From contig CM059427.1 of NCBI GenBank assembly GCA_030390025.1, positions 57,660,001-57,724,000 of the forward strand: 64,000 nucleotides of DNA, written 5' to 3'. The stretch's first letter is position 1, and every line of letters begins with the position of its first letter. The notes under the pieces are model-generated. The model saw only the letters and a list, made by a program, of their open reading frames with translations. It did no database searches and had not been told where the DNA came from. Below, piece after piece: positions 27,104 through 37,645 of this stretch. Source of the DNA: Squalus acanthias (Eukaryota). The position numbers were made by a program, and so were the translations under genes.

Positions 27104-27789
27104 ATACTATGTATATATAGTATGTATGGAGCTTCTAATTACTTCACAATGGTCAGTAGCAAAGCTAATTATACGTTGTGTACAGGAGACACCCAAGCTT
27201 ACACCATATGACTCAAAGTGTCACACATGATTCATACTGCAACAAAAGGGACAGGGAGCACACCATATTCCCATCCTAAGGTTAACAACACCAGGAATCA
27301 TTATTCTCATTAGACGTGTGAAAGGGATTCAATATAAAAGATTAATTTTAAAATGTTAGTGCCTTCCGTAAGAGTTGCATTTCCTTTAGCAATCATCTTC
27401 TACCCTAATTAAACATATTTATCTTTCCACTACACTCAGTTATTTCTTTATTACATTTTAACTTTACTGTTAACAGTTAAAAATCTTTCATGCAATAATA
27501 AATGTAATTGTGAATTGTCTTTACTGAAGCAGTGAAAGTTAAAAAAAATGTTGACATATTTTTGAACGTAAAAATTAAACCTGTGTGTGATTGTGAATTA
27601 TTAAATTCGCAACACCTAGCACATGATCCACAGCTTTAAATTTACAACATGAAATATTGTGATAGATTTTGTGTTGACGTGTTACCCTCCTACCAGCGCC
27701 AACTCTATATAACGACCCTCTACAGCACACTCTTAAATATAAAGCTGATTTTCCATGATTTCTAATAGAGTTATAAAGGTAATACAACT

Positions 27790-28029
27790 ATAGTGCAGTG
27801 CCCCAGGCTAGGAAGAGGAAACATCAGCCAAGGTTCTCGCTCCTGATCGCTACTCCGTGACTCCTGCTAGCAATTTTCACAGGTATGGATGTTTGTTAGG
27901 CAAGGGTATTAAGGTTTATGGAACCAAGGCGGGTAGATGGAGTTAAGATACAGATCAGCCATGATCTAACTGAATGGCGGAACAGGTTCGAGGGGCTGAA
28001 TGGCCTACTGCTGTTGTTACGCTCCTATG
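27790..28029 (+). mobile_element. Old SINE fragment (27790-27890) followed by a CR1 3' end (27885-28029)
   Basis: cagtgccccaggctaggaagaggaaacatcagccaaggttctcgctcctgatcgct, then gatcagccatgatctaactgaatggcggaacaggttcgaggggctgaatggcctactg. Confidence 0.75.
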
Positions 28030-29280
28030 GAACTGCATGCCGGACTTTCCAGGTTAAATTTTAGACTGATCTTATCCTAACTACATTAACAGTTGGGAAG
28101 TTGTCTGGCTTTGCTCTCTGAGCAGAGAGCCTTGTCTGCTGAGAATGCGTATCGGGAATTCCGTGCACATTGCGCACCATTTTCCGCCCATCCACCAGAA
28201 GCATAAAGTGGTAGAATGTCCCCTTTAGAGTTAACATTTCCTAGATGCTAATATAGCTGCTAATATGTCGTACACCCAAACACTATTGTCCTGGCCAGTG
28301 ATGCACATGAAGAAAGGCATGCAACCTGGATGGACTGAAGCCTGTTGGTAAATGATATCGGTTATTTCAAAAATAGACAAGATATCTCACTGTGCTCAGA
28401 TAAGACTTGGGTGAAGGCAGATGTAATCTGCCCATATTTCTGCTCACAGCCACTTGAGGAGGAGGAGGACAATATGGTGGGCTGCCTTAATCGCAGGTCC
28501 ATCCAGTCTGAGCTGCATCCCCCATCCCTCCCTCATGACTACTGCATGTGCTATCAGTCTTGCCATTCACCGGTTTTTAAAGAGGTTTTGACATATCCCA
28601 CAGGACACCTACTTCCTTTTTTCAGGTGGTCAGAGATGCAACTGACGTTTGACAGTTTGTTTAAACGAAAGGACTTGCTGCTTCAAGTGAATACATTCAT
28701 ATTCTGCTGGAGATCTCATGCATATGGTGCAATTACATACGCAATCCCATGAACATTCTTGAAATAGTGACGCAGAGTCAAAAGTAGCACAGTTTGTAAC
28801 CCCAATTTAGAATTTAAAAAAGTTTTGTAATCCTCATTTGCCTGCTGTGGTGACAGAGCTAAGTTACCCCAAATCAGCAATGCCTCTCGGCATGAGTTGA
28901 AAGTTTGGTTTACCCCTGCTCTCCTGAAAGTGGTGATTCTTGCTGAGGTACCAGTCTTCATGCATGAGCCTTAGCTGTTTGACCATGGGGGATATCACTT
29001 GACGGCCACGAGCATGCAGAGATAGATTTTGATCTTTAGGCGGCTGACTGACGGAGCAGCGGAGAAGGCTCAGGCCTCGTTAACATTGCCTCAGGGAGCT
29101 GCGGACCTCGACCGGGCACCTGCTGCAGCTCGCCGGTTGGCCAGTCGAAGCCTGGCTCTAACGCTGAGCCGGGCTACAGGCAGGTAAGTCTGGGGAGGGG
29201 AGGGGGGTGGGGGACAAGCCCAGGTTGGCAGTGGCCCACAGTATTCTTGATCTCATAAAAATTAAATCAAAAAAGATGTA

Positions 29281-29978
29281 GGGCCATATTTTGAAATCGC
29301 CACTGGGACAACTGGGCAGACTGTGGGCGGCACATTTGCTGTCCATTTGTATCTCAAAATTGCAATTGGGAACCTATGTACATCTAAAGGGCTTACCACT
29401 ACAAACAGGCAGGTGCTCTGGCCACCCATCGGAAGGCCCCTTCCAATAGGGTGGCGGTCAGCGTGCCAACGTAAACAGGCTGGTAAGTGATCTGATGCTA
29501 TTTTCACACCATCCCATCTTATTTTTTATTTGTTTATGGGATGTGGGTGTCGCTGGCATGGCCAGCATTTATTGCCCATCCCTAATTGCGCTTGAGAAGG
29601 TGGTGGTGAGCCGCCTTCTTGAACCGCTGCAGTCCATGTGGTGAAGGTACTCCCACAGTGCGGTTAGGGAGTTCCAGGATTTTGACCCAGCGACGATGAA
29701 GGATCGGCGATATACTTCTAAGTCAGGATGGTGTGTGACTTGGAGGGGAACCTGTGGAGGTGGTGGTGTTCCCATGCGTCTGCTGCCCTTGTCCTTGTAG
29801 GTGGAAGAGGTCGAGGGTTTGGGAGGTGCTGCCGAAGAAGCCTTGGCGAGTTGCTGCAGTGCATCTTGTAGATGGTACACACTGCAGCCACGGTGCGCCG
29901 GTGGTGGAGGGAGTGAATGTTTAAGGTGGTGGATGGGGTGCCAATCAAGCCTAGTGGGCCAACATTAAAATCAGGCCC
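29281..29978. mobile_element. MITE-like TIR element interrupted by a LINE fragment
   Basis: Termini gggccatatttt and aaaatcaggccc form a 10/12 inverted match. No clean TSD. Confidence 0.55.
29519..29950 (-). mobile_element. 5'-truncated non-LTR retrotransposon 3' end (CR1/L2 group)
   Basis: Minus-strand frame LIGTPSTTLNIHSLHHRRTVAAVCTIYKMHCSNSPRLLRQHLP and FIVAGSKSWNSL are typical ORF2 C-terminal motifs. A-rich tail at ~29520. Confidence 0.88.
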
Positions 29979-30363
29979 ACATTTTCCAAAAGGAGTAGTG
30001 ATCAGAAGCTGGAACCTGCGCTGACCTTTCACCTCCTTAGCCAGGGGTATTGTGGCCAATTGAAATGCCCCAGCTGATTGAATCTTGGTCAATTAGATTT
30101 TTTTTTCAAATGTTATTACTGTGAATATTTTTGTATTGACTTTGATAGGCCATTCCTTATAAAAAAGGGTCAGAATGATCTAAAGCCTCACAGCAGCAAA
30201 TGGTGTATTTATATATATAAAACACTAAATGGTGACAGTTCAACAATTGCCTCAAGCCTAGGGGGTTCAGGTAGGACAAAATCACAGCGATAGCACACTC
30301 AGTGGCATCTCGTACTCACCCTGGCTAGGTCCCCATGTGCTGCGTCAGAAACAGCAAACCAGC

Positions 30364-30583
30364 CAATCACCAGGATTTATCTACAGTATATATTAAAAGT
30401 TTTGAGTCTTCTTGTTTGCGCCACACTTATTTGTCAGCTCCTACAAATTAATATAAAGCATAAAGGACCTCCAGGCAAGTAATCCTATCATGGTGATTGA
30501 TGCCACTTAGCTGTTACAATCACCACGATTTATCTACAGTATATTAAAAGTTTAGAGTCTTCTTGTTTGCGCCACACTTATTT
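30364..30583 (+). repeat. Direct repeat of ~68 bp (30364-30432 and 30517-30583) with an 84-bp spacer
   Basis: caatcacca(g/c)gatttatctacagtata(ta)ttaaaagttt(t/a)gagtcttcttgtttgcgccacacttattt occurs twice. Confidence 0.95.
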
Positions 30584-30944
30584 CTGGTGTCAGGATTTTG
30601 AATGTCACGTCACTTGATATGCCTGGGTGTCACAGTTTAAGCTGCAAGGTTTGTACGCCTGCCATTATACTTACCTTTCAGTCCTCCCAAACGTATGCTC
30701 CACAGGGCCGTTTGTTTTATGTTCCCTCCCCAAGCCCAGCCTGAAGCCCTGGCCAGTTTCCCCTGTCCACATACAACTTGCCCACCCAGCAGTCCAAAGC
30801 CGACCTGCGGCCCTAGCCAAATGTTTGTCCCAATCTGGGGTCCCTCCCACCCAGGACCCACTGGCCTAAGGCTCTGGCCGGATCCCTCCCCCAAATGGCG
30901 ACCCTCCACCTCCCATCAGCCTGTAGCCCTGAAGCGGAAGAAGT

Positions 30945-31110
30945 GAAAAAAGAGAGAGAACTAGAAGAGCAGAGAGAGAGAGAGAGAAAGTGAGGAGAAA
31001 TGGAGAGGGAGCGAGAGAAGTAGAACTTGAGGCAGAAACAAGAGATAAAAAGAAAGCAAGAGAAGCAGAAGTAGAGAGAAAGAGAGTGAGAGAAGCAGCA
31101 ACAGAAGATG
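30945..31110. repeat. GA-rich low-complexity tract
   Basis: Almost exclusively A/G on the plus strand. Confidence 0.85.
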
Positions 31111-31177
31111 ACAGACAGTGGTGAGAATGTGGTACTTGCTGGCAGATGGACTGGTTGAATCAGAGAGCATTGACACA

Positions 31178-31349
31178 TTTATGGGGAGGTTTGAGGCATA
31201 CATGAGATTTATGGAAATCGAGGGATATGTGGGCAGGGCGGGATGAGGTCATTAGAGTGGGAGGAGGCTCATTTGGTGTTTACACACCAGCATAGACCAG
31301 TAGGGTCGAATGGCCTGTTTCTGTGCTGTAGATTCAATGTAATTCTAAG
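31178..31349 (+). mobile_element. CR1-type 3' end
   Basis: Same tail family as 22891-23012 (catagaccagtagggtcgaatggcctgtttctgtgctgtagattc). Confidence 0.8.
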
Positions 31350-31498
31350 TGAGAAAAAGTCTCTTCTGACTCATCATGAATAGTACCGCAGGAGATCTAT
31401 TCGTTTTAACACTAAAAAAGGTAGCTCCTTTAACAGTAAGTGTTTTTTTTTAATTTCCTGTGGTTAAATTATATTTATCAACAAAAAGTAGGACTATA

Positions 31499-31618
31499 GT
31501 TTCCTACATTACAACAGTGACTGCACTTCAAAAGTACTTCATTGGTTGTAAAGCGCTTTGTGACATCCAGTGGTCGTGAAAGGCGCTATATAAATGCAAG
31601 TCTTTCTTTTTTCTTTTT
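31499..31618 (+). mobile_element. DeuSINE/L2-type 3' tail fragment (~110 bp)
   Basis: gtttcctacattacaacagtgactgcacttcaaaagtacttcattggttgtaaagcgctttg...gaaaggcgctatataaatgcaagtctttc. Confidence 0.88.
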
Positions 31619-33113
31619 ATAACCTGGTCGATGAGGTACTTGCCCTACTGATATTTCATTCTCCCCCCACCCAACACATTATACCCAATTATACTTTAGA
31701 CCAATGACTCCCCAACAAAGTTTGAAAACATGCTAAGCAACTTTGTATCCACATGCACCCTTTTGGGAAGTGTCTTCCCAAGCAAGTCCTTGAATAGTCC
31801 TGAAAGATGTATTATCTCTGATTGTATCCCTTAAAAAAATCCCAAAGTTGTTTCATTTTTTTAAAATTATTTTACCACTGAATGCTGATGATACCAGTCT
31901 GGAGGAGTTGCGGAATCAGAGTGTGTAAGGAAACACAATTAATAGATACAGTTGTTAACACAGGGTGCTTCAATGTCCGTGTTAGTCGTGTCAATTCTTG
32001 CTGATTCAGCTCCTGCACTCGGGCCCAGCAATTCCTCCAGGCTAACCCCCCTGGTGGCGTCATCTGTACTCTCCATTCCAACCAAAAAAAAACAGAAATA
32101 AGGGGGAAAAAATCATGAAACTTAATGATAATTCTTTGCAACTGTTTGATTTGTAAAAGGGTAAGGATTGTAAGGCAGCTTCCTGACTCTTAAGAGCCTG
32201 GTTTTGTTTTCCTGTACTCTTATGCTCTTTTACTATACTGTATATGGCAAAACTCACTAAAGACTGTCGTAAAAATACTTTGATGAGGCACTGCAGCCTT
32301 GAATGCTGCATTCAGCAAACAAATAGACCAACAAGTGGCGTGGATTTGAGGTAAATGCTTGGAGAATGGCATTATCCTATATTTTAGTTTGGACTGCTCT
32401 TTGACTTGAAGTGCGATCATTAGTATGACGCTTAGTGAATGCAGAAAGCAGGTATACATCAACAATGTCTTGAACAATAAAATTGTAGCCATTTAATAAA
32501 TGAAAATAAATGTGCTTTTAACGTTTGATATTAAAGTATGCTGATCCCCAAATCACGGCTGGAATTGCAATCTGAGACTTTTTTTTAAACAATGTCATAA
32601 TGGAGATGGCACTGACCTCCACTCTGCAACCCTAGTTTGTAGATCTTCGATTGACAGATATTAGTAGTGAAGAGTTTTTAACGTCACCTCACAGAAACCA
32701 GAACTCAGTGTCAAACTAGAGCCTTTAAACGAGATGGTAAAGTAATGTTGTTTTGCTTTTATTAAACAACAATAACTGTATCTGCACTATTCCCCAATGT
32801 TATTCTTTAATTACAAATCAGGTAGGTACAAGATTCATAAAACTGACAGCAGAGCTCTTTTACGAGTTTGACCTCTGGTTTATAGAGCGACACTGGCTTT
32901 TGAAGGGTGCCACCAAATTACGTGTTTAACAATGGCTGAATCATCACTTAATATGTAACATTTAGAACATAAAACATCTGTAGCACATTCCTCTGACTAA
33001 CCAGCATGTTGAGTCAAATAAATTAGAATGAAGAATTTTGTGTACGGACAACATCACCTATTTTAATATTTCTTGAGCGATGATCCTATAAGCAGTCCAG
33101 AAGCCAGACTTAC

Positions 33114-33371
33114 CAGTACCATCTATTGAGACTGGTAGTGTCTCCCTGCTGTGCCAGGTGTGTTCTGTGCCGCAGTCCCTCTTCTCACTTTCCTCGTCCT
33201 CTCTTGGCAACAGTACTTGGTTCCCATGTGGGGAAGAATCGTGGTTGGGCATAGTCACTGGACTGGAATCTCGGTCCAGGGCGTTTATAATACTGTCATC
33301 TTCCGCAATGTGAAGCTTGTCTTCGTCATCTGTTTCTGAACCCGTATCCACTACATTATCATAGTTCAAAA
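33114..33371 (-). CDS. ZEB2: ZEB2 exon 3 equivalent (258 bp), acidic N-terminal region
   Basis: Acceptor ttttacag| at 33373-33372, donor |GTAAGT at 33113. Encodes [48 protein letters not shown]...SIDGT. Confidence 0.96.
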
Positions 33372-36300
33372 CTGTAAAAGAGAAAAGAAAACAGAGGATT
33401 ATAGAGTTACAAAAATGTACGTAAATCCGTTGCTTTTATGAAGCAAGGGGCTGCAGGCCAAGTGACCAAAAAGCTCGACTGCTCCTGTGCTTTCCCGAAC
33501 CTGGTCAAATCTTATTTTTCAAATGAATTCCTCTACCCCGGACACAGCACCTGGCCGTTCACTTTCCAAATTCTTGAGAGCATCAAGAAAACATGCAGAA
33601 TATGCTTCAAAACATGCTTCAAATGTCAGAACAACTCAAGAACCAAAATAAACCAGTTTATTTTGCCACACAGACCTGATGCACTCGCAGTAGCATTCCT
33701 TAAAATAGACAGTTTATAAATAAGGTCTTTGAACTGAATTGAAGGTGGCTGCTTCTGCATTAGCCTGCCTTCCCAGTCATTCAGTGTGCATGGTAGTACA
33801 TAAATTGTCCACTTTACCACTAGACAAGAAAGATTAGAGTAATAAACACAGGGACATTAGTTTAGCTAGAGAAACATACCATCAGTTACACACATACAGA
33901 CACAACACTGCCAAAAACTGTTTAACCCAGCTCACAAGAAACGCAAACAGACACACTCGCACACACACTCACACCCCAGCAGCTCAGTAATATGACATCA
34001 TGGGAAGAAGAAGGAAGAAAAACATCTCCGGATAAACCTCAAGCAGTTTCCAGGTTCATTTTGATTTCTATGCTCTTAATAAAGAAATCCTTTGGTTTCA
34101 TCAACTGAACCATCTCAAGTGGCTCTTGCCAGCTATCAGATTATACAGGAGTGGCAGGAACAGAATTGTGCTTGTATCAGGTTTAGAATCCTCCTCTCGT
34201 GAATTTGTGAAACATTGAAATCATTTCTATTTACAACTCTTGCTGTCCAGGCCTTCATATCTGCTTCTTTTCCTGCTTCTGGAAGGTTTGCTGTTTATTT
34301 GTTTTTTAAATACAGAGTAACAAAAAAAGTTTTATAAAAAATATATATACGTTAGCCAGTGCAGAAAGATTACACTGCGCATATCTACTCATAATATGAT
34401 CTTTGTATAATCCGCGGGCCTGCACTTGCCTTCCCAACAACTGCACAACAGGTGCAAATTAAAATGAAAACGGCAGCGAAGTTGGGCAAACAGAAATGCT
34501 GACCTGGTTTGAATACCAATTGACGGGCGAAACAAAACCTTTTCAAAGAGGTGTGACCACAAGGGTTTAGGCAAGTTCAGGCTGGGTAATGCCCTTTGAA
34601 AATAAATGATTTTTTTTTTAAAAAGGGAATATTCGTCTTCACTCTAGCTGTGTGGTCCAGATATACCTTGGCACAATTGACTGTGCCCTTCCTTTGCAAC
34701 GGCAGTTTAACCATTTCTTAGCAACGTGCCGAAGATTCTTTATTGCACAAGGGTTCAAGGCTTCACTGGATATATTTGTCTCGTTCTACAACAAAAGGCC
34801 CGAGCCCTGGGAAGCTATCAACCCACCCCCTAAAAACTGGTCTCTGGGTGCAAGAGAAATAAAGAGAGGTCTTGAAGGAGTGAATAAAATTATCTAAGGC
34901 TGGACAAGCATTAAAAGGCTTTCTATTCCATAAAAAACATGCCTTTTAAGGTCTTTTGCTTGTCCACAGCATTCTCTCTGAATATCACGTGAACGTTCCC
35001 GGTGCAGTGTGATTCAAATATTTTAGAGAAAAGGAAGATAAATGATTAATCACTAGCCAACGCACTCACAAATATCAGCACAAGCTAAACAAGCAATGAA
35101 GTCATGTCTCAGTATAGGGGCAGCAGCAGAACATATATCACCCTCAAAGGGCAACAATACTTTCCCAACCTGCAAGACCTGGATGACAGTAAATATTGTT
35201 CTCTTCATAAATACCAATTTCAGTCCTGACAAGAATCTCTCCTCTGAGCAATAAGCACAAACCGCAACACCAGCTACTGGCGCAGAGACCTCACTAAGAC
35301 TGTGGGAAAGATGTAACAATAGTGCTTAGTTGAACATTACCATTTTATTGCACTGATAAGCTCAGCACCCCTACCCAGGCAAGTACAAATGATACTGAAA
35401 TTATCCTCTTTTTTGTAACAAAGCAGAAAGCAGATTGGCAGTGAAAGCACTCCTGGTGTAACCTGAAGGCTATTTATTCAATAACTTATGCAAACCTCCA
35501 GAAATTTAATTAATGCAGTTTACAGAAATGGGAAGTGGTCTAATCCGCCTAGAAACCTTGAAAAACAAAACCGTTTTCCCATAATTGACAGGAATATGTG
35601 CATTTGAGCCAAAATAACTAAAAATAAGTATTGGACATTTTTTTTTCATTTCAAAATGAACTGAGGTTTTAATCCTCCTTTTAATCTCACTCTGATAAAA
35701 ACAAAACCAAGCTAGCCTTCCTCAATAGCTATTGTGACTTTGTTAAAGTTCTGTCTGCTTCGGGTCCAAAAAGGGCCATTTCTTACATGTGGCTCCTCTA
35801 GATTTACCCAAGGGCCACCACGGAGGCTTTAGTCATCAAGCTGCAAGTTGGCACCAGCACAGGGTATTACTTCAACCTACAAAGAAGTGGGTGCCTGAAG
35901 AATTCTTCAGAGTTATTTTGTAAACACTCAGAGAGAGAGAGATGTCCAGTCGCTGGTTCGGAATAAACAATGGTCCCGTATTAGTCTCTGGACAATGTGA
36001 AATGCCTGCCAAGTGAATAGCTGTGATGGATGGCAAACTGAAAATGCAGAAATCTCAGAGAGATCCATGGAGGGATTTCTGTAGTGGCCACCTCCCCTTC
36101 TGATTGTTCTAGTCAAGCCCAACAGGACCTGGACTTGCAGTAATCTAACTGGCTTTCCTCTATACTCAAAGAAAATACTTTGTAAATTTTTTTTAAAACT
36201 AACTTGATGCCATTTCTGCAGGTGTAAAAGTGCTTCAATGCATTTACTGATGTGCAGACATTGTTTTAACACTAATGCCCCCACAAAAACAGATTTTTGA

Positions 36301-37530
36301 ACGGAACGTTTGACTGAAGGGAAGGGAGGTGAGTCTGACTATTCAGACGTATTTATATTTTTATTTTTAAGTTTGTTTTATGGTGACAAATATTAATGCT
36401 GCTATTCTGATGGTGCAAGTCATAGCGTTAAAAGAGGACATTTCAGGAATTTTTAAAAAAATACACTGACAGGACTGCAGGCTCCAATGGGACAAGGTTC
36501 CAAACAACCATTTCAACTTTTGCTTTAAAAAATAAAGAAATAAAATATGACGGTTAAAAAAAAAAATGCCACGCAGAAAGGATTGTAGGCCCTGGTTAAC
36601 CACTCTTCTCTGGTAAAAGAAACAAAAAATAGAATTTGAGATTACATCGTGCTACAAGCCATGCTGAAATATAAATAAATAATGCCTTAGTATGAGTTTG
36701 GTCCAGCTTGCACCAATACACAAGCAAAACTATATTAACTCAGGCCTATCATTTTATTTACTCATTTTAAAACATGATACAGATGCTCTCATAAGTGCAA
36801 GAAAATGTTTGCCTAAACTGCTCCTTCCGGCCCTTCTCGCTGACATATGATGTATATGAAATAGAACAAAGTAAATATATTTTTGAAGGCTGTGTGTGCT
36901 TTTGTCCTGTATTTGTTTTTCTCTTTCTAAACCGTACACTATGATAAGATAAAAATGTTTCAACGGGAACAGACATACTGTACACTTTAAGGCTGCAGTG
37001 TTCCTGCAACATTTTTCTCAACTATAGAAATTCAAGCTCAGCCAGCCAGACACCTACACGAACGAAATGGCTTTAGTGAGTTTGTCGGAACAACAATTAT
37101 CTGGCTGCTTTTGCGGAAGGCTGGCTTGAAAAAAAGAAGCCAGTGTCATCTCGAAATGGCTTTATTCCATGCAGATAAAAGAGTTTTGTAGCCATATCTT
37201 TAAAGATGACATTTTTGGGGCAAGGTGATGAGAATAAAGGGATATAAGGGCATTTTTGCCTTCACAACACTGTGTTGGGCAAACCATTTTTCATTTGTTT
37301 GCAAAGGTGCAAATCACGTTCAACGTGCCATTGCATCACTAGCAATTGATATCATCGTTATTGCGGAAATGAAACACAACTCTTCTCCCTTTGCAAACAA
37401 AACGAGATTTGCCAAACAGTTTTTCTCTTTAATAAATTCATACAGCACTCACAGAGCCCCGTATGGACATAATACACCCACTTGCTGCTTTGGTGAAAAT
37501 GTGCAGAATGTCAGGTCTGAAGCCCTCCGT

Positions 37531-37645
37531 ATTACATAGAATTACATAGAATTTACAGCACGGAAACAAGCCATTCGGCCCAACTGGTTTATGCTCCACA
37601 CGAGCCTCCTCCCACCCTACAGCATCTAAACTTATCTGCACATCT
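37531..37645 (-). mobile_element. CR1-type 3'UTR/tail fragment
   Basis: Reverse complement of the tail at 22891-23012 (ttacatagaattacatagaatttacagcacggaaacaagccattcggccc). Confidence 0.85.

Noticed and set aside
30364-30583. CRISPR repeat-spacer-repeat or LTR pair
   Set aside because: Only two copies, no TG..CA termini, PBS, PPT or TSD seen.
30813-31203. Hydrophobic Leu/Ser/Phe-rich ORFs
   Set aside because: Translation of the GA-rich low-complexity tract.
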